Positions 16,940-24,408 of a stretch of 64,000 nucleotides of DNA are shown here, one piece after another; within the stretch, counting starts at the first letter, position 1; the number at the start of each line of letters is the position of its first letter. Source of the stretch: Candidatus Woesearchaeota archaeon (GTDB lineage Archaea > Nanobdellota > Nanobdellia > Woesearchaeales > ARS49); NCBI GenBank assembly GCA_038868995.1, contig JAWCRZ010000003.1, positions 2,109-66,108 on the forward strand. Direction: 5' to 3'. The position numbers were made by a program, and so were the translations under genes. Below the pieces are notes generated by a model. That model ran no database searches. It was not told the origin of the DNA and saw only the letters and a list, made by a program, of their open reading frames with translations.

Positions 16940-17045
16940 TAGCGGGAGGTGGAAGTTCAGCCGGCGCAGTCAAGCACACGGGCATTTGAACCACCGAGCT
17001 ATGGGTTATGAGCCCATCGGGAACTCCAGACTTCCCTACCCCGCT
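16940..17045 (-). tRNA. initiator tRNA-Met (CAU) containing a 31-nt non-canonical intron at position 59/60
   Basis: Acceptor AGCGGGG/TCCCGCT with an A1:U72 pair. The anticodon arm ATGGG-CTCATAA-CCCAT has three G:C pairs. The T arm GGTGG-TTCAAA[intron]T-CCACC is interrupted at plus-strand positions 16954-16984. The mature length would be 75 nt. Confidence 0.8.
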
Positions 17046-17070
17046 GTAATGATAACTGCTCTTTGTGCTG

Positions 17071-17080
17071 TTTTATAAAT
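17071..17080 (-). promoter_or_regulatory. TATA-like box for initiator tRNA-Met
   Basis: The reverse strand reads ATTTATAAAA, centred about 30 nt upstream of the tRNA 5' end (17045) and directly next to the MITE duplication. Confidence 0.45.
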
Positions 17081-17090
17081 GTTTGCTCAG

Positions 17091-17232
17091 GGTTAAGTCA
17101 AGTTTCTGGTGCTGGCTGGCCGCTCTGGTCCTCTGGACTCATTTTTCTCTCCTCCTCGCAGGTGCGGAGGAGAGAAAAATGACCTCAGCGAAGCTGAGGC
17201 TGAGCGGCCAGCACAATTAAGTTGACAGCACC
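17091..17232. mobile_element. family-1 hairpin MITE (142 bp) with perfect 9-bp target-site duplication
   Basis: It runs GGTTAAGTCAAGTTTCTGGTGCTGGC...GCACAATTAAGTTGACAGCACC and is flanked by TTTGCTCAG at 17082-17090 and 17233-17241. The central 17-bp stem is perfect. Confidence 0.9.
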
Positions 17233-17244
17233 TTTGCTCAGTAA

Positions 17245-17255
17245 CCTTTAAATAT
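17245..17255 (+). promoter_or_regulatory. TATA-like box for tRNA-Ser
   Basis: CCTTTAAATAT is centred about 30 nt upstream of the tRNA 5' end at 17280. Confidence 0.45.
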
Positions 17256-17279
17256 GCTCGATAAGGTGCTTTTCTTCAT

Positions 17280-17365
17280 GCCGGCGTGGCACAACCTGGT
17301 ACTGCGCGGGATTGCTAATCCCGTTTCTCGCAAGAGATTTCCCGGTTCAAATCCGGGCGCCGGCG
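17280..17365 (+). tRNA. tRNA-Ser (anticodon GCU)
   Basis: Acceptor GCCGGCG/CGCCGGC, anticodon arm CGGGA-TTGCTAA-TCCCG, a long variable arm (TCTC-GCAA-GAGA), T arm CCCGG-TTCAAAT-CCGGG, discriminator G. Confidence 0.9.
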
Positions 17366-17411
17366 TATTTTTGTCAGAAAGCTTTAATATGTTTGATGCT
17401 CTTGTTGAAAT

Positions 17412-17795
17412 ATGGAAGTTGATTCTGATACGCTTGACACTTTGCTCGCGCCTGTTGTAATTTCGTGTGATGGGAAGGAAGTGTTGATGCATGGCAATAC
17501 TGCTTTTTTTGTCTATTATGCAGGCAGAAAAGTTATGCTGAATGAGAATTATTTTCCTTTTAGGCGCGATGATATTATTGGACTATGGGGTTATAATGGC
17601 GCGCAGAAAAAGTATGTTTTCACTGCATACAAGCCGGATAGCATGCTTCCGAGCGTGCGCATTATTCCTGCTAAGAAGCAGGTTGTGGCTAATTATTCCG
17701 TGCTGGCTGATTCCGGCGAGATTGTAAAGGTTCAAAATCATGAGCGCATCATTGTCTTTTCCTTGAATATAGTCAAAAGGAAATTCATTGGGTAA
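17412..17795 (+). CDS. hypothetical protein
   Basis: 127-aa ORF with no recognisable motif. It occupies otherwise unassigned space and ends at the glucokinase start. Confidence 0.4.
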   Translation: MEVDSDTLDTLLAPVVISCDGKEVLMHGNTAFFVYYAGRKVMLNENYFPFRRDDIIGLWGYNGAQKKYVFTAYKPDSMLPSVRIIPAKKQVVANYSVLADSGEIVKVQNHERIIVFSLNIVKRKFIG

Positions 17796-17796
17796 A

Positions 17797-18738
17797 ATGC
17801 AAAAAGAGGTTTTTCAAATGCCGAAATCAGCAGTATTTGCCGCGGACATAGGAGGAACAAATACGAACATCGGGCTTTGTTCTGTTAATGGAAAAATAGT
17901 TACGATTCACAAAAAATACCGTTTTGAGACGAATAGAGTGAAAAATTTTGCAAATCTTGTAAAATCTGTTCTCAAGGATGCAAATGTCAAAATATCTGCC
18001 GCTTGTATTGCTGCTGCCGGTCCCGTCTCTGCAGACCGTACAAAATGCAAGATTACCAATGCCAAATTGACTGTTGATGTTGGAAAACTTCCATTCAGTG
18101 CAAAACTTTTGAATGATTTCGAGGCATTGGGTTACGCAGTTAATGTTCTGCAGCCGGGAGATATGAAAATTATCCGCAAGGGCAAAAGCAACAAGCAGCC
18201 AATTGCGCTATTGGGGGCTGGAACGGGTCTGGGAAAATCCTTGCTTTATTATCACAATGCCTATTATCCGCATGCTTCTGAGGGCGGTCACGCCGACCTT
18301 CCAATAACTGCAGAAGAAGCTGATTTCCTGCTTTGGTGCAAAAAGCCGGTTGTGGAGTATGAGGATGTTCTGTCTGGTCGAGGTATTGCGCATATTTACA
18401 AGTTTATGCTCACAAAGTATGAAGGCAGCGGTACCTCAGATTCTGCTGAAATAATGAGGGAAAATTCTCCTGCGGGAGAGCACACAAGAAAGCAGTTCAT
18501 CAGGTTTTATGCGCGTTGTGCAAAGAATTTCGTTCTTGACGGTCTTGCCAGGGATGGCGTTATTATAGGGGGTGGAATTGCAGCCAAGCATTCGTATTTG
18601 TTTAATGCTGATTTTGTAAATGAATTCATGCGCAATGAAACGCAGAAAGCGTGGCTTTCAAAAGTTCCGATAAAGGTTATTACGAATAATGATGCGGGCT
18701 TGCTGGGCGCAGCGTTTGCATCACGCGCACGCATCTAA
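17797..18738 (+). CDS. glk: glucokinase (Glk family)
   Basis: AADIGGTNTNIGLC is the ATP-binding motif and IIGGGIA occurs near the C-terminus, consistent with bacterial-type Glk. The track ORF starts at a TTG at 17788, and an alternative ATG lies at 17818. Confidence 0.7.
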   Translation: MQKEVFQMPKSAVFAADIGGTNTNIGLCSVNGKIVTIHKKYRFETNRVKNFANLVKSVLKDANVKISAACIAAAGPVSADRTKCKITNAKLTVDVGKLPFSAKLLNDFEALGYAVNVLQPGDMKIIRKGKSNKQPIALLGAGTGLGKSLLYYHNAYYPHASEGGHADLPITAEEADFLLWCKKPVVEYEDVLSGRGIAHIYKFMLTKYEGSGTSDSAEIMRENSPAGEHTRKQFIRFYARCAKNFVLDGLARDGVIIGGGIAAKHSYLFNADFVNEFMRNETQKAWLSKVPIKVITNNDAGLLGAAFASRARI

Positions 18739-19728
18739 TTGTTTTTTCATCTCTTTTGGCTTTATTTTTGTTCCAATAAAAACAACTCGTGTCTCTTTTT
18801 TTTCTCCTTCTTCCCATGGTCGTGTAAAGTCCATATCCCAGTGTTTGCCGACTTTGTTGAATGAAACTCGCAACTCATCTCCCGCGCCTGGCTTGCTTTC
18901 CTTTATGCATATGATTCCTTTTGCGCGGAAGATGTTTTCCGGCAGGTTAATCCAGAATTCCTGGAATTTGTCTGAGTCAACTGGACCAATTATAAACGAA
19001 GCTGTTTGCACGCCGGCATGGTGTGCGTGGTCGTGTTCCTTTTTGTTCCATTCGAGTTGTTTGTTTGGGTCAAACTTTCCAACACCGAGCAATAACTTCA
19101 GGTTTGCCTGTCCTTTGATTGTCTCTATTATTTGCGCTTTTGGAACGTATTTCTTTATCTCTTTTTTTACCTGTTCAGCTTTATTCTTGTCCACCAAATC
19201 CACTTTGTTCAGCAGAACAATATCTGAACATTGCAGTTGTTCAAGTGCTGTTGCATTTCTTTTGAGGTTGTCATCAAAATATACCGCATCGATGATGCAG
19301 ATTATGCTGTCAAGTTCTGTCTGGTCAACAAGCGGCTGTACGTTGAATGTCTGTGCAACAGGAATTGCTTCTGCCAGTCCTGATGTTTCTACCATTAGAT
19401 AATCTATTTTGCCTGTATTTATCAATTGCTGTGCTGCTTCCAGCAAATCTCCTCTCACAGTACAGCATATGCATCCGTTGGGTAGTTCTATCATTTTCTC
19501 TTTTGTCGTCATCATCAGGGCCCCGTCTATACCGACTTCTCCGTATTCATTCACAATTACGCCGACGCGCAGTCCGTGCTCTGCTGTCAGGACATAATTT
19601 ACAAAAGTGGTTTTTCCTGCCCCTAACGCGCCTGTTACTATTGTGACGGGTATTTTTTCCATTTTTCCCTGTTGCGCGACATCTTGAGCCGGGAGAAGAG
19701 TTTTATTCCTGTGACCGAAGGGAGTCAT
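18721..19728 (-). CDS. CobW/COG0523 family metallochaperone GTPase
   Basis: It has the P-loop VTGALGAGKTTFVNYVL, a GCICCT metal-binding motif, and a His-rich stretch HDHAHH before the C-terminal domain. An alternative start at 19662 (MEKIPVT) is possible. Confidence 0.85.
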   Translation of the reverse strand: MTPFGHRNKTLLPAQDVAQQGKMEKIPVTIVTGALGAGKTTFVNYVLTAEHGLRVGVIVNEYGEVGIDGALMMTTKEKMIELPNGCICCTVRGDLLEAAQQLINTGKIDYLMVETSGLAEAIPVAQTFNVQPLVDQTELDSIICIIDAVYFDDNLKRNATALEQLQCSDIVLLNKVDLVDKNKAEQVKKEIKKYVPKAQIIETIKGQANLKLLLGVGKFDPNKQLEWNKKEHDHAHHAGVQTASFIIGPVDSDKFQEFWINLPENIFRAKGIICIKESKPGAGDELRVSFNKVGKHWDMDFTRPWEEGEKKETRVVFIGTKIKPKEMKKQLDACA

Positions 19729-19818
19729 AGGATTAAATGCTTCTCGAGGCTAAACGAAGAGCGCCTTTTCAAAAGTTTGTAGGTAAGCTTTTTAAATTAT
19801 ACTTTTCATTGCAGTCGT

Positions 19819-20472
19819 ATGCAAAAAACAGTGGTGATGTCTGTTGGCGGTAGTTTAATCAATCCCGGCAAGATTCAAGTCGGCTTTCTTAGGCACCTTA
19901 AAAAGTTTGTGAGCAGGAGCCAGCACAAGTTCATTATTGTTTGTGGCGGTGGTTATAATGCCCGCGCCTATCCTTCCGCTGCAAAACTTTTTGGTGTGGA
20001 TAATGTCGGGCGTGATGAAATAGGAATTAAGGCGACTGTTCTTAACGCTGAACTTCTGCGCCAGATTTTCAGGGCAATGCCTGTGCAGCAAATGCCAAGA
20101 AGAATTTCTTTTAGAAAGATTATGGTAGCTGCTGGCTGGAAGCCGGGCTGCTCTACCGATTACGACGCTGTTCTGTGGGCAAAAAAGTTTGGTGTGAAGG
20201 ACGTTATCAATCTCAGCAACACTGATTATATTTACACAAAAGACCCAAAAAAGTTCGAGGATGCAAGGCCTTTGAAGAAAATCTCGTGGAAAGCATACAG
20301 AAAAATGATTTCTGCAAAATGGTCTGCAGGGCTTTCAACGCCGTTTGACCCAATTGCTTCAAGGGTTGCTGAAAAGTGGAAAATGAGGGTTTTGTGCATA
20401 AATGGAAAAAAGCTTAATGAGTTGTCAAAAGCTTTTGCAGGAAGGAAATTTGTTGGCACGGTGATTGGATGA
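19819..20472 (+). CDS. pyrH: UMP kinase, archaeal type
   Basis: 217 aa. The N-terminus VVMSVGGSLINPG and IIVCGGG indicate the amino-acid-kinase fold typical of archaeal PyrH. Confidence 0.8.
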   Translation: MQKTVVMSVGGSLINPGKIQVGFLRHLKKFVSRSQHKFIIVCGGGYNARAYPSAAKLFGVDNVGRDEIGIKATVLNAELLRQIFRAMPVQQMPRRISFRKIMVAAGWKPGCSTDYDAVLWAKKFGVKDVINLSNTDYIYTKDPKKFEDARPLKKISWKAYRKMISAKWSAGLSTPFDPIASRVAEKWKMRVLCINGKKLNELSKAFAGRKFVGTVIG

Positions 20473-22406
20473 AAAAGCTTCTTATGCTGCTGTTACTGGT
20501 CCCGCTGGTCCTCGCCCAACCGACTGATTGGTTTAAGGCGGGCTTGGTTAAGACGAGGATGGAAGCATCCTCTGTTATTGAATTGCAACCGCGCGGACCA
20601 AATCCTTTTGTTGAGTCAATCCGGACAGACGTTATTTTTGTTCCTCAAAACTCCGAGTTTTCTGCTGTGAGGAGTTTTGATGCGACACCTTCTGCCATTG
20701 CCACTGGCGATCGTGTCCGGTTTGAATGGCGCGCTCCGCAGATAGGAAAATTGTCATACAAATACCAGGCAATTGTTGAAACCGCTAATAATGCTCCAAG
20801 GGTTGCTGCAAAGATTCCATATCCTTTTAAAGTGCCTCCTAATCTTGAAAAGTATGTCAAACCTACACAAAATATTGATTCTAACAATCCAAAGGTGTTG
20901 GGTCAGGCGTATGCCTTGGCACAGGGTGAGGATGACTTGTTTTTGTTGGTAAGCAAGATTGCAATATGGACCAAGAATAATGTTAGGTATAACCTAAGCA
21001 CGCTGACGGCTGATGTTTCCCAGCCGGCCTCCTGGGTGCTCGAAAACAGGTATGGTGTTTGTGATGAGATTACCGGCTTGTTTATTGCTATGCTGCGTGC
21101 ATTGAAGATTCCGGCAAAATTTGTTTCTGGCATTGCATTCACCAATTCTGTTGAGTTTCCGCAAGGGTGGGGCGCGCACGGCTGGGCTGAGGTGTATTTT
21201 CCTGGTGTTGGCTGGGTTCCTTTTGACCCTACTTTCGGTGAATATGGCTGGGTTGACCCGAGCCATATCAAGCTGAAGGAAAGTTTTGATCCTCAGGAGC
21301 CGACTACTGTGTTTGAATGGAAGGCGCGGGATGTCGATGTCAGGGTTGAGGACTTGAAGCTGGGCGCTGAGAAAATCGACCAGTCGGGCAGTGTGCCTTT
21401 TGAGCTTAAGTTGTCTGCCGCTCCGTTGAGGCCGCGCGTTGGCTTTGGCAGCTTCAATGGTGTTGTCCTGAACATTGAAAATCTTGCTGACTATTATGTT
21501 GGGGCTGAGTTCAGCTTGTCTCGGGTTACTGATATGACTATTCTTGACGGGGAATCAAAGCAGATTGCCCTGCCTCCGAAAGGGCGTGGACGTCTGTTTT
21601 GGAAGGTGAAAGTGCGGGAAAATCTTGACCCGCATTTCCAGTATGAACTGCCGATTCGCATTTACACAATTAGGAATGATACTGTTGAGACCGCGTTTGG
21701 AGTTGGCCAGTGGGATATCGTGTTTTCGCAGGCGGACATAGATACTGAAATAACCAGGCTTTCGGCAACCCAGCGCGATCCGTTGCAGTTGGCGTGCGTG
21801 CTGAAGGATGACATGATTTGGGATGATGTTGGCAGGGTTGATTGCCTTGTACAAAACAAGGGAGAAAAAGAGCTTCCTGTGAAAGTGTGTTTTGGGCAGT
21901 GCCGTGAGGCGATTGTTCCAGGTAATTCAAACTTGCCTGTATCCTTTGACATTCCAATGCCAGGCCCTGGCCAGAAGGAAGTTGTTGTGACTGCTTCTTC
22001 CGGTGACTTGGAGAAAAAGGCAGTGCTCACCTTGGTGCGCTTGGAAGAGCCGCGCATTGCCATTAAGGATATATCATTGCCTGAGCGCATCCTGTACGGG
22101 GATACTTTTACTTTGCTGTTCACTTTGTCGCGTGAAAGCATCTCGCTTCCTGAAAACGTCACTGTTAATGTCGAAGGTGGTGGAGCAAAGGCAAAAGTTG
22201 AGGTTGGTGACCTTTTAATCGATCAGGAAGTGCACGTCAACATCCGCTCTGACCAGTTGTATTCCGGTAATCCGTTGTTTGACATTGATGTTACGTATCA
22301 GGATCCATTCGGCCAGCAGTATCACGAAAGCGCTTCTGCTTCCACATTTGTTTCAGATGTGCCATGGTATAAGCGTTTCCTCGGCTGGTTTATTGACCTC
22401 TTTTGA
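20469..22406 (+). CDS. secreted transglutaminase-like domain protein
   Basis: It has a signal peptide. The transglutaminase core is YGVCDEITGLFIAMLRALKIPAKFVSG...HGWAEVYFPGVGWVPFDPT, giving the Cys-His-Asp triad. It overlaps pyrH by ATGA. Confidence 0.8.
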   Translation: MKKLLMLLLLVPLVLAQPTDWFKAGLVKTRMEASSVIELQPRGPNPFVESIRTDVIFVPQNSEFSAVRSFDATPSAIATGDRVRFEWRAPQIGKLSYKYQAIVETANNAPRVAAKIPYPFKVPPNLEKYVKPTQNIDSNNPKVLGQAYALAQGEDDLFLLVSKIAIWTKNNVRYNLSTLTADVSQPASWVLENRYGVCDEITGLFIAMLRALKIPAKFVSGIAFTNSVEFPQGWGAHGWAEVYFPGVGWVPFDPTFGEYGWVDPSHIKLKESFDPQEPTTVFEWKARDVDVRVEDLKLGAEKIDQSGSVPFELKLSAAPLRPRVGFGSFNGVVLNIENLADYYVGAEFSLSRVTDMTILDGESKQIALPPKGRGRLFWKVKVRENLDPHFQYELPIRIYTIRNDTVETAFGVGQWDIVFSQADIDTEITRLSATQRDPLQLACVLKDDMIWDDVGRVDCLVQNKGEKELPVKVCFGQCREAIVPGNSNLPVSFDIPMPGPGQKEVVVTASSGDLEKKAVLTLVRLEEPRIAIKDISLPERILYGDTFTLLFTLSRESISLPENVTVNVEGGGAKAKVEVGDLLIDQEVHVNIRSDQLYSGNPLFDIDVTYQDPFGQQYHESASASTFVSDVPWYKRFLGWFIDLF

Positions 22407-22534
22407 GAGTCAAGTTTCTGGTGCTGGCTGCTCTTGTCCTTTGGACTCATTTTTCTCTCGCAGGTGAGGAGGATAGAAAAATGACCTCGGCGAAGCTGAG
22501 GCAGAGCGCCCAGCGCCATTAATTTGACAGCGCC
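22407..22534. mobile_element. family-1 hairpin MITE (128 bp, left tip shortened)
   Basis: It runs GAGTCAAGTTTCTGGTGCTGGCTG...CCATTAATTTGACAGCGCC. The flanks CTCTTTTGA (22398-22406) and CTCTTCTGA (22535-22543) match at 8 of 9 positions. Confidence 0.75.
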
Positions 22535-22546
22535 CTCTTCTGATAA

Positions 22547-22557
22547 GCTTTATAAAC
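22547..22557 (+). promoter_or_regulatory. TATA-like box for the 22579 gene
   Basis: GCTTTATAAAC is centred about 27 nt upstream of the ATG at 22579 and 3 bp after the MITE duplication. Confidence 0.45.
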
Positions 22558-22578
22558 ACCTGTTCTTCTTTTTACGGC

Positions 22579-24408
22579 ATGTCAAAGAGTGTGGTGGAAA
22601 AGCTTGTTCCTGACACCTCTGTTATCATTCAGGGGCTGGTAAGCGAGCAGTTGACCAAGGGAGAATTGCAGGTTGGAGAAGTCATTATACACGAGGCTGT
22701 TCTTGCCGAGCTTGAGCACCAGGCTAATGCAGGGCGTGCTTCCGGCTATGTTGGTCTTGATGAGGTTAAGCGCTTGCACGAGATGTCTGAGAAGAAGCGC
22801 ATTTCTGTGAGGTACGCAGGTCATCGTCCGGGAGCAGGTGAAATAAGGTATGCCAAGCTTGGAGAGATTGACAGTATTATCCGCCAGCTTGCGTATGACG
22901 AAGACGCCTCTTTGTTCACAGCTGATAAAGTTCAGGCAAAGGTTGCAGAGGCAAGGGGCATTAAGGTTATCTTTGTTCCGCAGAAGGAGTATTGCCCAAA
23001 GCCGTTGAAGATTGATAATTATTTTGATGAAACAACAATGTCTGTTCATTTGCGCGAAAAAGTTCTGCCTATGGCAAAGAAGGGAGCGCCGGGCAACTGG
23101 GTGTTTGTCCCGATTAAGAACAAAGCAATGACTTCTGATGAAATCAAGGATATTTCGCGCGAGATGATTGAGGAAGCTGGCTGCAGAACTGATGGCTTTT
23201 TGGAAATCCAGCGCGAGGGCTCAACAATTGTTCAATTGGGATTGTACAGGACAGTTATTTTGCGCCCGCCTTTCAGTGACAATTGGGAAATCACTTGTGT
23301 CAGGCCTGTCAGAAAGCTTACTTTGAAGGATTATGAGATGTCTGAAAAATTGCGTGATAGAATCTCTTCACAGGCAGAAGGCATTCTTATTGCGGGTGCT
23401 CCTGGAATGGGCAAGTCAACTTTTGCGCAGGCATTGGTTGAGCATTACGCTGAGGCAGGCAAGATTGTAAAGACGGTTGAGGCGCCTAGGGACCTTGTTT
23501 TGCCTGACACAATAACCCAGCTTTCTTACAGCAGGAGTTCTCCTGAGGAAGTGCATGATGTCCTATTGCTCTCGCGTCCAGATTACTCTTTATTCGACGA
23601 AATGCGTAACGTACCTGATTTTTTGTTATTCACTGACATGCGTCTTGCCGGTGTCGGCATGATTGGTGTAGTTCACGGCACTAATCCGTTGGACGCCATC
23701 CAAAGGTTTATCGGCAAGATTGATTTGGGAGTTATTCCGCATGTTGTTGATACTGTTGTTTTTATCAGCAAGGGAAGGGTTGACAAGGTGTTAAGCATCT
23801 CAATGATTGTGAAAGTTCCTGCAGGCATGACAGAAGCAGACCTTGCCCGTCCGGTTGTTGTCATCAGCGATTTTGAAACTAACAAGGCAGTTGCAGAAAT
23901 TTATTCATATGGAGAAGAAACAGTGGTCGTTCCAGTTCAGGAAACCAGGCCCACCGGCGCGCACGGTCTTGCTGCAAAGCAGATTGAGAGGATTTTTCAG
24001 AAATACAGCGAGAATGTTAGGGTTGAAATGATTTCCGACCAGAAAGCAGCTGTTTACGTTCCTGAAAAATACATTCCTTCAATTATCGGCCAGGGCGGCA
24101 AGAACATTCAGGCATTGGAACAGCAGTTGGGCATTGGCCTTGATGTGCGCCCTTTGGGCGCGGAGCCAAGAAAGTCCGTCGGCGCAGGAATTCCATATAA
24201 GGTGTCTGGCAGCAGCAAGCATGTTGAATTTCTGCTTGGCGACCAATATTCAGGCAAGGATGTTGACTTGTTTGTCAATGACGAGTATCTTGCAACCTTT
24301 GCTGTAAGCAAGAAAGGCGTAGTAAGAATTAAGAAATCCAACAAATTGGGCAAGGTTGTGATTGATGCTATGGACCACGGCGAAAAAATCTCTTTTGTAG
24401 GTGCGTAA
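22579..24408 (+). CDS. PIN domain - PilT-like ATPase - KH domain protein (COG1855-type)
   Basis: 609 aa. It has an N-terminal PIN-like region (VPDTSVIIQG), a Walker A IAGAPGMGKSTF, and a C-terminal KH motif IIGQGGKNIQALE. Confidence 0.75.
   Translation: MSKSVVEKLVPDTSVIIQGLVSEQLTKGELQVGEVIIHEAVLAELEHQANAGRASGYVGLDEVKRLHEMSEKKRISVRYAGHRPGAGEIRYAKLGEIDSIIRQLAYDEDASLFTADKVQAKVAEARGIKVIFVPQKEYCPKPLKIDNYFDETTMSVHLREKVLPMAKKGAPGNWVFVPIKNKAMTSDEIKDISREMIEEAGCRTDGFLEIQREGSTIVQLGLYRTVILRPPFSDNWEITCVRPVRKLTLKDYEMSEKLRDRISSQAEGILIAGAPGMGKSTFAQALVEHYAEAGKIVKTVEAPRDLVLPDTITQLSYSRSSPEEVHDVLLLSRPDYSLFDEMRNVPDFLLFTDMRLAGVGMIGVVHGTNPLDAIQRFIGKIDLGVIPHVVDTVVFISKGRVDKVLSISMIVKVPAGMTEADLARPVVVISDFETNKAVAEIYSYGEETVVVPVQETRPTGAHGLAAKQIERIFQKYSENVRVEMISDQKAAVYVPEKYIPSIIGQGGKNIQALEQQLGIGLDVRPLGAEPRKSVGAGIPYKVSGSSKHVEFLLGDQYSGKDVDLFVNDEYLATFAVSKKGVVRIKKSNKLGKVVIDAMDHGEKISFVGA

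Noticed and set aside
15774-17232. A composite-transposon reading: two MITEs with outward-facing identical termini bracketing the HPF-like gene, the LAGLIDADG gene and the initiator tRNA.
   Set aside because: Each MITE has its own perfect, different 9-bp duplication (TTGCCTGCG and TTTGCTCAG). They therefore inserted independently, and the outer flanks do not match each other.
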